Part shown: positions 29,800-40,444 of the stretch, in pieces
Numbering within the stretch: position 1 is the stretch's first letter
How the letters are laid out: every line of letters begins with the position of its first letter
Source: Gemmatimonadota bacterium
Lineage (GTDB): Bacteria; Gemmatimonadota; Gemmatimonadetes; Longimicrobiales; Gaopeijiaceae
Length of the DNA stretch: 64,000 bases
Assembly: GCA_039589315.1 (NCBI GenBank)
Contig: JBDHHQ010000027.1
Coordinates: 1 to 64,000, forward strand
Direction: 5' to 3'
Translations under genes and position numbers: made by a program
The notes under the pieces: model-generated
The model's input: the letters and a program-made list of their open reading frames with translations, nothing else
What the model was told of the DNA's origin: nothing
The model's database searches: none

Positions 29800-29890
29800 T
29801 ACCGCTGAGTACCGCTCGGTACACAGCCAGAAAAGGTCTTGAAAACCGGCGTCCTAAAGGACACGTGGGTTCGAATCCCACTCCCTCCGC
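29800..29890 (+). mobile_element. tRNA-Ser(TGA) 3'-half att-like repeat, copy 2 (different upstream arm)
   Basis: GGTCTTGAAAACCGGCGTCCTAAAGGACACGTGGGTTCGAATCCCACTCCCTCCGC, preceded by TACCGCT x2. Confidence 0.85.
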
Positions 29891-30172
29891 TTGGCGTAGA
29901 CCTAATACCGCTTGGGTCCATGGCGAGTCGGGCCGCTCGACTTGATTTGAGCGCCTACTTTATCCATGCCATTGAAGTCGCGTTGACCAGCCGAATGAAT
30001 GCCCCTTCGGCCAAGATGCTCGAGAACCGCCTCTGAACCCGAGCGGTCGGGGGTCCTCGCTTGAAAGGGCTGGCCCAAATGATGCACCGTGACGAGTTTG
30101 CCATCGAGTGGACTCGATCAGCGCAGGATCTTCGCCTCACATCTCGATGGCCGAGAGGCAGGGGCCCCGGAG

Positions 30173-30778
30173 ATGTCCGACGGAACGATCACCGGTCTCC
30201 TCGAGCGGTTTCACGAGGGGGACCGAACAGCGTTCAACGAGATGGTGCCGCTCGTCTATGCCGAACTTCGCCGAATCGCCCACGCACGAAGGGGTGAGTG
30301 GCGAGGGGACGAGACCATGGGCACGACGGCCCTCTGCCACGAGGCATACCTGAAGCTCGTAGACCACCAGGGCGACGCCTGGAGTAATCGCTCCCACTTT
30401 CTCCGGGTCGCGTCTCGCGCAATGCGGCAGATCCTGGTGGATTACGCCAGGGCACGGCGGGCGCAGCGCCGGGGTGGTGGACTCGAGCACGTCCCAGTCG
30501 ATCAGGTGGAGGAGCTCGTGCCGGCCGCTTCCGCTCTCACGCCCGCCCGCATCGACACCCTGCTCGACATCGAGGAGGCGCTTCCCAGGCTCTCGGAGCA
30601 GCATGGATCCCGGGTCTGCGACGTCGTCGAGTGCCGGTTCTTCGGGGGGATGACGATCCAGGAGACAGCAGAGGCCCTGTCCGTATCGCCCGCCACCGTG
30701 AAGCGTGACTGGCTTCTCGCCCAGGCCTGGCTCTATCGGCTCGTCGCCGAGCGGGACGACTCCGAAACCGCTGGATGA
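30173..30778 (+). CDS. ECF-type sigma factor (kinase-associated type)
   Basis: ITGLL..LVYAELRRIA, TTALCHEAYLKL, AMRQILVDYAR, FFGGMTIQETA, TVKRDW. Confidence 0.92.
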   Translation: MSDGTITGLLERFHEGDRTAFNEMVPLVYAELRRIAHARRGEWRGDETMGTTALCHEAYLKLVDHQGDAWSNRSHFLRVASRAMRQILVDYARARRAQRRGGGLEHVPVDQVEELVPAASALTPARIDTLLDIEEALPRLSEQHGSRVCDVVECRFFGGMTIQETAEALSVSPATVKRDWLLAQAWLYRLVAERDDSETAG

Positions 30779-30779
30779 A

Positions 30780-33446
30780 TCAGGGGCAGTCGTACGCTCC
30801 GGCCCCAGGCACGTCCCCGCCGGGATCCAGCGCGGCCCGGCGGGCCTCCACCCGCTCCGCCTCGGAACGGCGGCCCGTGCGACGATAGATCTCGGCCTGG
30901 TCTTCGAGCGCGGCGAGGAGGTGCCCGAGTCGCTGCGCCGGCTCGCGTTCATCTTCCTCCACCATCTCCTGGATGATCGGCGTGGCTTCGTCCAAGAGAC
31001 GCTCGGCCTCCGCGAATCGTCCCTGTTCGATCAGGACATGCGCGATCCAGCGCTGGTTCAGGGCGACGAGCGAGCGATACCGATCTCCGCGCGCTGCGTA
31101 GGAGCGTATGGAGCGGCGGAAGTAGTGCTCAGCATCCGACCAACGCCGCCACTCCGCGTAGATCCGGGCCAGCGATCCCATCGCCGTCGTGTTGATGTGC
31201 TCGGGTCCCAACGCTGCATCCCAAAGGGCGAGCGCGCGTCGGAACCGCCCCTCGGCTTCGTCAAGTCGGCATTGTCTAGCTGATAAGCTTCCGAGGTTAT
31301 TCCACATCCGCGCGACATTCTCGTGCTCCGGCCCGTACACCTGCTCCAGCTGCTCGAGGATTCGGCGGTAGGTGGAGTCAGCAGCCTCGTACTCTCCCTT
31401 CCTCGCGAGCATGGCTGCTACGTTGCTGGCGTAGCCGACGGTCTCGGGATGCTCCTCGCCGAGAACCTCCAACCGAATCCCGTGGGCTTCGCGAAACAGC
31501 CGCTCTGCTTCGTCCAAGTTGCCCGCTCGGTACTCTTCGAGCGCCATCACATTGACCAATCGGGCGCTAAAGAGCCGGGGTGAGTCGCCGAACACGAGGG
31601 CCTCCGTGCGAAGGTCCTGATCGGGAAGCGATCTTACCAGCTCCAACGTCTCCCGGACGTCGTCCTGCGCGAACCACCTGCCGGAGACCAGGAACGGCTC
31701 AGCCCCTGCCCGGCCGTCCGCCCAAGCCTTGAGCCGATCCCCGACCGCGTTCATCTCATCGACCTGTTGTGTCTCCGCGTAGGCGGCACCCAGTGAAACG
31801 AGCGCCACAGCCACGTCCCGGTGATTCGAACCAAGCTCACGCTCTCGGATTCTCACTTGGTCCTCCAGGAACGTCACGGCGGATCCGTAGAGGCCTAGCT
31901 TGGTGTACACCGAGCCGATGGCGCCCAGGAGACGGGCCTGCACCAGCGGTTCGTCAGAGAGCTCTTCCTGGATCCGGTCCGCTCCTCGGTCCAGGATTTC
32001 CCTGGCGGTGACAGAGTTGCCTCGGGCCTCACTCGGGTCGCTCACCTCGAACAGGTCGACCATGAAGTCCAGCGACCTCTGAGCGGTGAGGGCCTCAGCC
32101 GCCGCGGCGCGTTCGGCTCGCCGGGCACGCACGAGTCCTACCGACGTGCCGACCACGCTGCTGACCAGCAAGATCACCGCTACCCCCGACCACGCCACGG
32201 ACGCCCGGTTGCGCTGGATGAACTTTGCCACACGGTAGGTGGCGCTCGGGGGCCGGGCGACGAGCGGTTCGTCCGCCAGGTACCTCTCCAGCTCTGTGGC
32301 CAGGTCGTTAGCCGTGGCGTAGCGTCGCGTCCTGTCGTGATCGATGGCCTTCATGACCACCCAATCGAGGTCGCCTCGGAGCTCGCGCCGCAGGGTGGGA
32401 GGATCGGTTCTCCGAAGTTCGGCGATCGTGTCCCAGGACTCCTCCATGCTGGAGAAGCGTTCCGAAGGACGCACCGGTGCCTTCTCCCGGATCAGCGGAC
32501 CCAGCGCAGCGGGCGCTACACGGTCGAGATCGAAGGGGACGTCCCCCACCAGCAGCTCGTAAAAGACCACGCCCAGCGAATAGACGTCGGCCCGGGTATC
32601 CACGTCGAAGCCCGACCCCTCGGCCTGTTCGGGACTCATGTACTTGGGCGTCCCCACGAACTGGCCGACACGCGTGAGCGAGGTGTGCTCGGTGAGGGCC
32701 GAGCCCGTGGCTTTGGCGATCCCGAAGTCGATGACCCTCGGGATCGCGTCCCCGTCCTTGGAGGTCACGAGGATGTTGGAGGGCTTCAGGTCACGGTGGA
32801 TGACGCCCTTCTGGTGTGCGTGTTGAACCGCCCGGCACACCTGGATGAACAGGGCGATCCGTTCGTCATTGGAGAGGCGGTGCCCATCGCAATAGTCGGT
32901 GATCGGCTCGCCCTCCACCAACTCCATGACGAAATAGGGCCTACCGAGCTCCGTGGCCCCTGCGTCGAAGACCGTGGCGATGCTGGGGTGGTCCATCATC
33001 GCCAGCGCCTGCCGCTCTGCCTCGAAACGGGCCACGACCCGGGCCGTGTCCATTCCGAGCTTGATGATCTTCAGGGCGACGCGTCTGCGTACCGGTTGGA
33101 GCTGCTCTGCCAGGTAGACGGTTCCCATCCCGCCTTCACCCAGGACGTCGAGGATGCGGTACGGGCCTATTGCATCGGGAAGGGAGCGGGCGCTGGCCGC
33201 AGCGCGCGCTTGACCCTCTGCGGGATCCAGGGCGTCGGCGAGTTCACGAAACATGGCGCGTCCCGGATCTGCGGCTGCCAGGAGTGACTCGAGCTCCCGT
33301 CGGAACTCCTCGTCTCCGTCTGCCACTTCCTCGACGAAGCTGGCTCGGGCCTCCGCCGGGAGCGAGAGGGCCTTCTCGAGCAGAGCGCCGAGACGCTCGG
33401 ACTCTCCCGAGAGATCGGTCGTACCGTTGGGAGGATCGCGCTTCAC
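30780..33446 (-). CDS. Ser/Thr protein kinase with TPR repeats
   Basis: LGEGGMGTVY, VALK, HRDLKPSN, DFGIAK, GTPKYMSPEQ, a TM segment and kinesin-light-chain-like TPRs. Confidence 0.95.
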   Translation of the reverse strand: MKRDPPNGTTDLSGESERLGALLEKALSLPAEARASFVEEVADGDEEFRRELESLLAAADPGRAMFRELADALDPAEGQARAAASARSLPDAIGPYRILDVLGEGGMGTVYLAEQLQPVRRRVALKIIKLGMDTARVVARFEAERQALAMMDHPSIATVFDAGATELGRPYFVMELVEGEPITDYCDGHRLSNDERIALFIQVCRAVQHAHQKGVIHRDLKPSNILVTSKDGDAIPRVIDFGIAKATGSALTEHTSLTRVGQFVGTPKYMSPEQAEGSGFDVDTRADVYSLGVVFYELLVGDVPFDLDRVAPAALGPLIREKAPVRPSERFSSMEESWDTIAELRRTDPPTLRRELRGDLDWVVMKAIDHDRTRRYATANDLATELERYLADEPLVARPPSATYRVAKFIQRNRASVAWSGVAVILLVSSVVGTSVGLVRARRAERAAAAEALTAQRSLDFMVDLFEVSDPSEARGNSVTAREILDRGADRIQEELSDEPLVQARLLGAIGSVYTKLGLYGSAVTFLEDQVRIRERELGSNHRDVAVALVSLGAAYAETQQVDEMNAVGDRLKAWADGRAGAEPFLVSGRWFAQDDVRETLELVRSLPDQDLRTEALVFGDSPRLFSARLVNVMALEEYRAGNLDEAERLFREAHGIRLEVLGEEHPETVGYASNVAAMLARKGEYEAADSTYRRILEQLEQVYGPEHENVARMWNNLGSLSARQCRLDEAEGRFRRALALWDAALGPEHINTTAMGSLARIYAEWRRWSDAEHYFRRSIRSYAARGDRYRSLVALNQRWIAHVLIEQGRFAEAERLLDEATPIIQEMVEEDEREPAQRLGHLLAALEDQAEIYRRTGRRSEAERVEARRAALDPGGDVPGAGAYDCP

Positions 33447-33551
33447 GGCGTATGCTCCTGCGACGTGCCCTGCCGCCGGGTTCTGATGTCGAACGACTCG
33501 AAGGTCCGCCCCCTGCTCTCGGGAAATACTACGGCTCGGTCGTTGCCATCT

Positions 33552-34492
33552 CTAGAACGGCGTCCAGTTCGGGTTCTGCGCGAGCTCTTTGAGCCGTGTC
33601 ACCGGAGCCAAATCGGATCCGTCGCTGCGAATGACGTAGACGTCCAGCGCTCCGCCGTGCCAGCGGTGAAACGTGAGCCAACCACCGTCCGATGACCACG
33701 ACGGCTGGAACGCGAAGCCGTTGGAGTAGATCCGATGCGCGCCTCTGCCATCGGCGTTCATGACGTAGAGGCCGGGATTCCGGTTGCCGAATTGGCCGAA
33801 CGCGATCCGCCGCCCATCGGACGACCAGTCTGGGCACAGCTCCGTGCCCTTCGCGAAGGTCAGCCGGGTAACATCGGACCCGTCGGCGTGCATCACGTAT
33901 GCGTCCTGGCCCGTCTCGCCGGCTCGATCCGATGAGAGGAGGATCCTGTCGTCGACCGGGGACCAGCGCGGGCAGCCATCCTCCGCCGGGTGGTTGGTGA
34001 TGTTGACCTCGCTCGACCCATCGGCGTCGGCGACGAAGATATCAGCCGTCGATGAGAAGTCGGGGAACCTCATGAAGACGATCCTGGAGTCGTCGGGCGA
34101 GAAGCATGGTGCGATTCGGAACCCCGGGGCCGTTGGTCAGCTGCGTTTGACCGGTGCCGTCCGCGTTCATGACCCAAACCTGGGCGACCTGGGTGGCTGG
34201 GTCACCCCGCGTGAACAGGATCTTGCTCCCGTCGGACGACCACCCGCCCATCAGCTCCTCCATCGGCGTGTTGGTGAGCTTGGTGAGTCCTGTCCCGTCT
34301 GGGTTGATCACCGCAATGTCGGAGAGTTCCATCGGGAGTCCCCAGCGTGAATCCGATGACCTCGCCCGGGCGGCCGGTCGAGGGTTTCACGTCGTTGACC
34401 TCGACCACCGATGGGTCGTGACAAGCGGCCGAGGTGGCCACCAGCACAAGGGTCGCGCCGAGGTGTTGGATCACCAGCAGGTGCCGCTGCAT
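33552..34492 (-). pseudogene. TolB-like (PD40) lipoprotein, two frameshifts
   Basis: WS.DG repeats continue across three overlapping ORFs (34202-34492, 34042-34332, 33552-34073). Confidence 0.75.
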
Positions 34493-34659
34493 GTCATCCT
34501 CCTTTGCATGGGCAATAGAGGGTCTTCCGCTTCAGGCGGACGCTGAAGAGCTCCACTTGGTAGACGACAAAGCCACGCGCGACTGGCTCATCAGGCCTCG
34601 GGAGGTGCGGCAGAGCCGCAAGGAAATTGGGCCAAGGGACGGTCGGCGTGCTCATGGAC

Positions 34660-34841
34660 TCGCGCTCGCATTTCCCGCCACTCGGACGATGTCCAGCCTT
34701 CTGGTCGGCGTGAGTCCCACCGCCCCCACGGTGTTCGTGAGCGTCACGGCGCTGCTGCTCGGTGTTGCGTTCCTGGGGTCTTGGCTCTCGGCGATCCGGG
34801 CTTCCGCGGTCGAGCCCATGAGGGCCCTCTCGCAGGAGTGA
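34660..34841 (+). pseudogene. ABC/FtsX (ADOP-type) permease C-terminal fragment
   Basis: SSLLVGVSPTAP...AIRASAVEPMRALSQE. Confidence 0.7.
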
Positions 34842-34934
34842 CCCCGACCGTCGCCCCGTGGCTCAGCGCCGCACGACTGGCGCCGAACCCCGTCCAGGCC
34901 GAACTTGCTCGCCCTCGAACCCGAGGGAGGGGCT

Positions 34935-35273
34935 ATGGAGCGCATCGGTTGGGACGACTTCGCCCGCGTCGAGATCCGCGTCGGCACGGTGACCAGGGTG
35001 GAGGCTTTTCCCGAGGCGCGCCGGCCCGCCTACAAAGTCTGGGCTGATTTCGGGGACGGTCTGGGCGAGCTCAGGTCCAGCGCCCAGATTACGGATCTCT
35101 ACTCCCTCGACGACATCCTCGGTCGCCAGATCGTCGGTGTGGTCAACTTTCCACCGAAGCAAATCGGGCCCTTCATGTCGGAGTTTCTTCTGACCGGATT
35201 CTATCAGCCCGACGGCACCGTCGTGCTCGCCGTGCCGGAGCGTCCGGTCGCGAACGGAGCCAGGTTTGGCTGA
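34935..35273 (+). CDS. csaA: CsaA tRNA-binding/chaperone protein
   Basis: [43 protein letters not shown]. Confidence 0.93.
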   Translation: MERIGWDDFARVEIRVGTVTRVEAFPEARRPAYKVWADFGDGLGELRSSAQITDLYSLDDILGRQIVGVVNFPPKQIGPFMSEFLLTGFYQPDGTVVLAVPERPVANGARFG

Positions 35274-36894
35274 GGTCGCTCGTGGCATGGTGCCGCCGCC
35301 TGGCACGTGGCCGAGGACGGCCGCTTGCATCGCCCTGGGGCTCCTCGGAGGGCGGGTGCCCCTTGCCGGGCAGGTCTCCGCAACGAGGGTCGATCTCGGG
35401 TCCTGCGAGCTGGAAGGCGTCGAGGAAACCCGCACGGGTGAGTGCGGTCAGGTCTCCCTGCCCCTGGACCACGACGATCCGGATGGTGCCCGGATCCCGA
35501 TCGCGGTGACCCGGATTCTCCCCGACGGGCCGGTACGGCAACAACTCTGGTTCCTCGACGGCGGCCCCGGTGACGCGGGTCGGGCCTCGCTCGCCCGTGT
35601 CGCAGACGCTCTGACGGCGGTCGAGGGCCTCGCCCTCTACACGCTCGATCACCGGGGCGTGGGCGGATCCGCATTGCTCGAGTGTCCGGATCAACAGGAT
35701 CGCGAAAGTGCCGATGGTCGCGAGCTCGTCAGCGAGGAATGGGGCGACTGCATCGAGTGGCTCGAGCGGAATCGCGACGATCTGGATCACCTATCCACGA
35801 CGGCCAGCGCTCACGACCTGAGCTCGCTCATCGAGATCTTTCGACTCGACGATGTGCCCGTCTTCGTGATGGGAGCCTCGTACGGCTCGTTCTGGGCCAA
35901 CCGCTATCTCCAGCACCATGCGGATCAACCGGACGCAGTGATCCTCGACGGGATCGCGCCTGGGGACTGGACGTTCGCCGAGTTCGACGCATCGCTGGAC
36001 GCCATGGGAAGACGGCTGCTGCACATCTGCTCGCTCGACCCTACCTGCGGTGACAGGATGGGCGGCGACGCCCTGGCGTTCACCTCCAGTGTCATGGAGC
36101 GCATGGCCGCCGGCCATTGTCGGGCCTTGGGCCTGGATGTGCCCACCTACCGCCTCGTGCTGGGAAATCTGTTGATGGGGGGACGGGACCTCTGGCCCTA
36201 CATACCGGTCCTGACCTATCGCTTGGATCGCTGTGCGATCCGAGACATCCTGGTCATCGCACACTTCTTCGAAGCGGTTTTCGAAAGTGGCGAGGTCGGC
36301 GAGCCGGAGTCGCACTCTCCGGTCCTGCAACGTCACGTGAGCATGTCGGAGCTGTGGCCTCCGGCCGGCCCGTCAGTAGACGCCCTCGAACGTGCCCTGG
36401 ACGGCACTGTCATGACCACCGGCGTCAGCGCGAGCTTCGCAGCGACCTACGAGGGCTGGCCACGTTATCCGCGGCCTGAAGCCTGGAACGAGCTCGCAGC
36501 GTACGCCGGGCCGATGCTGCTGCTTCACGGAGGGTTGGACCCGACGTTGTCGATGGATCGTTTGGCCGCGGTGCGGCGGCAGTTCTCGGGCCCCGCTTAG
36601 ACGTTCGTAGCGTTCCCCATGGCCGGGCACGTCGTTCTGGGAGAGAGCGGTTGCGCCTCGGCGATCTACGCCGCGTTTCTGGCGGCCCCCCGCTCAGCCC
36701 CAGACGTGTCTTGTGCTGAGGACGGTGAGCCCGTGTCCTTCGAGCCCACCGACGCCGACCGCATTCTGGGGACGACGGACGCATGGGGAGACGTGCCGCT
36801 GGAGGCGTTGATCCTCGGTGGGATCGCGCTCGTGCTGATCTTGCTGAGCTGGTTGGTGCTACGGTGGTGGCGGAAGCGTCGCCGCGCGGCGTGA
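35266..36894 (+). pseudogene. Secreted alpha/beta hydrolase (tripeptidyl-aminopeptidase-like) with in-frame TAG at 36598-36600
   Basis: GGPG, DHRGVG, GASYG. The reading frame continues after TAG into AGH (catalytic His) and a C-terminal TM anchor. Confidence 0.75.
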
Positions 36895-36973
36895 GCTCCT
36901 GGAGACCCGAGCGTCACCCCTCCTGAGCCCGCAGGCGCGCGCGCCTCACCCCCGTACGCGGTCCTACCACGGT

Positions 36974-37185
36974 TCACGCCTCCCTGAGGACAATGGCGGG
37001 GTCGATGCGCGTGGCGCGGCGAGCGGGTACATAGGTCGCGACCATGGCGACGCCAACCAGCATCACAGACACGCCACCCAACACGATCGGGCTGGTCGGA
37101 TCCACCTCGAACAGCGCGCTCGTCATCAGTCGCGTCAGGCCGAGGGCGGCCACCAATCCCACCCCGAGGGGGAGAGCGTGGCGCA
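36974..37185 (-). pseudogene. ABC/FtsX permease C-terminal fragment
   Basis: LTRLMTSALFEVDPTSP...YVPARRATRIDPAIVLRE. Confidence 0.75.
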
Positions 37186-37284
37186 GGCACGTACCGGAGC
37201 TTCGTCCTACCGCCGAGATGCCCGTCTGCTGGGGGGGCACGCCTTTCACTCACATCCCGAGGTGTGCGCAAGCGAACGAGCTCG

Positions 37285-37471
37285 CGCAGCCAGATACAAC
37301 CAGACGCAGCCACACGCAGAAGACCTGGCGGAACTTGAAAACCGGCGTCCGAAGGGACACGTGGGTCCGAGCCGAGCGGCCGATGTGGTGTGCGCGATGC
37401 GGCCGGTCCGCTGGCCCGCGAGACCACTGAGGATCGCCGCAGGCGACCGCAGGTGAATCCCACCCCCTCCG
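37285..37471 (+). mobile_element. tRNA-Ser 3'-half repeat, copy 3, with 86-nt T-loop insertion (37371-37456)
   Basis: CAGATACAACCAGACGCA arm, then CTTGAAAACCGG...GTGGGTCCGA[insert]ATCCCACCCCCTCCG. Confidence 0.85.
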
Positions 37472-37679
37472 TTTAGGGATCACGGCAACGCTGGTTGGCC
37501 AAAGCAACGTCGATGAGTCCGAACCCACGGCGCGATCTGCGGAGCAGATCGCGGAGTTGGTGAGCCGAGCGGCCGAAACGGTGGGCCGCGGGGCGGACCG
37601 AAGGCGGCGGTCCGCGAGACGAGCGAGGACGGCGTGAAGCTCCCCCGGCTCGCTTACGTCCCGCCGCCCAGGGTGCAGC

Positions 37680-37805
37680 AGGGGTGCATCTCCCGGGCCG
37701 GATTCCGGCTCAGGTTGGTGGCGCCGGACCCGGCGGCGGCCATGACGTAGATCTCGCCGTTCCCGCGACGGAACGATTCGAACGCGATCCGGCTTCCAAC
37801 GGGGA
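37680..37805 (-). pseudogene. TolB/PD40 repeat fragment
   Basis: GSRIAFESFRRGNGEIYVMAAAGSGATNLSRNP. Confidence 0.6.
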
Positions 37806-37934
37806 GCACTCGGGATGCCCGCCCTGGGGCGTGAAGCAAGGTGGGCAGCCCCAGGGTCGCCAACCCGCAGAGCGAATGCGCCAGGACCGTGGCAAGCGTC
37901 CCGGACCGACTCCACGGTGTGGTCCGGGCCGGAC

Positions 37935-38531
37935 TCACTGGCTCATGACGCAAGCCGGAGCGACCGGCTCCCGGACCCACCGGACCGTGTCCTGGGGGAC
38001 CCATGCCCCGTCCTCCCACACCTTGGCCACGGTCACCAGCGTGTCTCCCCGGCTCAGATCGGTGAGATCGCGGGAGCGCCCGGCGGTGCCATCGGGAAGG
38101 GACGCCGTGAACTCGACCAGGCGCGTGTCTTCACCCGGGGCGGTGAGCGTCCCTTCGGCCACCACCCCGATCCCCGCGAAGACCGTGACCCGGACGCCTC
38201 CGTTCTTCGGATCCGGGTGGAACACGATGTGGCTGAGGGCCTCGCAACGTCCGTCGGCGTAGACCGAAAGGGCGTCCGACGTGACCACGTTGCGTGCCGG
38301 TCCCCAGCGTGAGATCCGCGCCCAGTGGAACGGTTCCTCCTCGGCGCCCGGGCCCCACTCCGGATTATCGCGCCGCCACACGCCGGAACCGTTGACCTCG
38401 TGCTTCAAGAGCGCCGCAACGGGGCTCGCCTGCTGATCTGCATGCTGCGCGCCCACAGGGGCGAGCACGGCCCCCACAAGTGCGGTACTCACCAGTCCCG
38501 CCTTCCACCATCCGCCTCGACTCATCTCCAC
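37935..38531 (-). CDS. Hypothetical secreted protein (paralog of 39244-39839)
   Basis: Signal peptide ..VLAPVGAQ. Diverged duplicate downstream. Confidence 0.7.
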   Translation of the reverse strand: MEMSRGGWWKAGLVSTALVGAVLAPVGAQHADQQASPVAALLKHEVNGSGVWRRDNPEWGPGAEEEPFHWARISRWGPARNVVTSDALSVYADGRCEALSHIVFHPDPKNGGVRVTVFAGIGVVAEGTLTAPGEDTRLVEFTASLPDGTAGRSRDLTDLSRGDTLVTVAKVWEDGAWVPQDTVRWVREPVAPACVMSQ

Positions 38532-38626
38532 CCCACACGTGAAAGGAAAATTTCAGAGGTGAGAAACCATGGCAAGATCGGCCGCCGGAGGCAAGGCAGG
38601 GAGGGGGGCGGATTGCCGGACTTGAA

Positions 38627-38723
38627 CGTCGAAGGGTCCGGATACGGTGGTCTCCCCAGGCCGCGGTCTCGTACCATCACCGAACGCGCCGGTGCTGTAC
38701 CCGTTGAGCCGAAGCATCTCGGC
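38627..38723 (-). pseudogene. Arylsulfatase internal fragment (second copy at about 39935-40033)
   Basis: AEMLRLNGYSTGAFG...ETTVSGPFD. Confidence 0.6.
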
Positions 38724-38765
38724 CCAAGGGCCTACCCGTGATCGAGTTCCGCGCAATCCTGCCCC

Positions 38766-39040
38766 TTGCCAACGTTTTGCCAACGCCACCCGCGAACAGA
38801 CGCAGTCAGACGCAAGACGCCGACTCTGGAAGACGGCTTAATCGCCTTTCCCCGCAGCCAGATACAACCAGACGCAACCAGACGCAGAAAACCTGTGGGA
38901 ACTTGAAAACCGGCGGGCTAACGCCCACGTGGGTTCGAGCCGAGCGGCCGAGATGGTGGTCCGCGATGCGGCCGGTCCGCTGGCCCGCGAGACCACTGAG
39001 GATCGCCGCAGGCGACCGCAGGTGAATCCCACCCCCTCCG
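38766..39040 (+). mobile_element. tRNA-Ser 3'-half repeat, copy 4 (full arm), 87-nt insertion at 38939-39025
   Basis: TTGCCAACGTTTTGCCAACG, CAGACGCA repeats, CTTGAAAACCGGCGGGCTAACGCCCACGTGGGTTCGA[insert]ATCCCACCCCCTCCG. Confidence 0.9.
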
Positions 39041-39243
39041 TTAGAATGGACTGCGCAGTTAAGGCGGCTGGCCTGCCACGGGGCGAACCTCGCCGCCGCC
39101 TCCCCGCGCCTCCCGACGCCGACTGCCGGTCCTGGGCGTGAACCAAGGTGGGCAGCCCCAAGGTCCCCAACCCGCAGAGCGAATGGACCAGGACCGTGGC
39201 AAGCGTCCCGGACCCCACTCTACGGTGTCGGTCCGGGCCGGAC

Positions 39244-39839
39244 TCAATGGCTCATGACGCAAGCCGGAGCGACCGGCTCCCGGACCCAACGGACCGTGTC
39301 CTGGGGGACCCATGCCCCGTGCTCCCACACCTTGGCCACGTCACCAGCGTGTCCCCCTGACTCACATGGGTGAGATCGCGGGAGCGCCGAGTCGTGCCGT
39401 CGGGAAGGGACGCTGTGAACTCGACGAGGCGCGTGTCGTCACCCGGGGCGGTGAGCGTCCCTTCGGCCACGACCCCGATTCCCGCGAACACCGTAACCCG
39501 GACACCTCCGTTCTTCGGATCCAGGTGGAACACGATGTGGCTGAGGGCCTGGCAACGTCCGTCGGCGTAGACCGAAAGGGCGTCCGAGGTAATCACTTTG
39601 CGTGCCGGTCCCCAGCGTGAGATCCGCACCCAATGGGACGGCTCGTCCTCCGCGCCGGGGGTCCACTCCGGGTTATCGCGCCGCCACACGCCGGAACCGC
39701 TGACTTCGTGCTCGAGAAGCGCCGCAACAGGGCTCGCCTGTTGGTCCGCATGCTGCGCGCCCACAGGGGCGAGCGCGGCCCCCACGAGTGCGGCACTCAC
39801 CAGTCCCGCCTTCCACCATCCGCCTCGCCTCATCTCCAC
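39244..39839 (-). pseudogene. Paralog of 37935-38531 with a 1-nt deletion near 39340
   Basis: GGCCACGTCACC here versus GGCCACGGTCACC in the intact copy. Confidence 0.7.
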
Positions 39840-40075
39840 CCCGTGTGTGAAAGGAAAATTTCAGACGTGTAAAACCATGGGGAGATCGGGCGCCGGAGGC
39901 AAGGCCGGGACGGGGGCAGATTGCCGGACCTGGACGTTGAAGGGCCCGGATACGCTGGTCTTCCCAGGCCGCGGTCTCGTACCAACCTACCGAACGCGCC
40001 GGTGCTGTACCCGTTGAGCCGAAGCATCTCGGCCCAAGGGCCTACTCGTGACCGAGTTCGGCGCCATCCTGTCCT

Positions 40076-40360
40076 TTGCCAACGTTTCGCCAACGCCACC
40101 CGAGAACAGACGCAACCAGACGCAACCAGACGCAAAGCCCTAGCCGCGACCAGCGCCGAAGACCCCCTGCACCGCAGCCAGATCGAACCACACGCAACCA
40201 GACGCAGAAGACCTGACGGACCTTGAAAGCCGGCGGGCTAACGCTCACGTGGGTTCGAGCCGAGCGGCCGATGTGGTGGTCCGCGATGCGGCCGGTCCGC
40301 TGGCCCGCGAGACCACTGAGGATCGCCGCAGGCGACCGCAGGTGAATCCCACCCCCTCCG
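40076..40360 (+). mobile_element. tRNA-Ser 3'-half repeat, copy 5, 87-nt insertion at 40259-40345
   Basis: Same architecture as copy 4. Followed by TGTTACC x2 (40423-40441) and the integrase 3' end. Confidence 0.9.
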
Positions 40361-40444
40361 TTGTGTGGTAAAACCACTTACGCATCTACGGCCACACCCT
40401 CCTCTCGCTCGGTCGCAGCGGGTGTTACCCGTTCTGTTACCGGC

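Noticed and set aside
29835..29890. Intact tRNA-Ser gene (this or any other copy)
   Set aside because: No acceptor 5' strand or D arm upstream. Similarity starts at the anticodon stem-loop.
36598..36600. Pyrrolysine or programmed readthrough
   Set aside because: No pyl genes or other supporting context. A point mutation is simpler.
38790..38890. ACCAGACGCA tandem repeats as a CRISPR array
   Set aside because: Units are about 10 bp, with no 25-45 bp unique spacers and no cas genes in the window.
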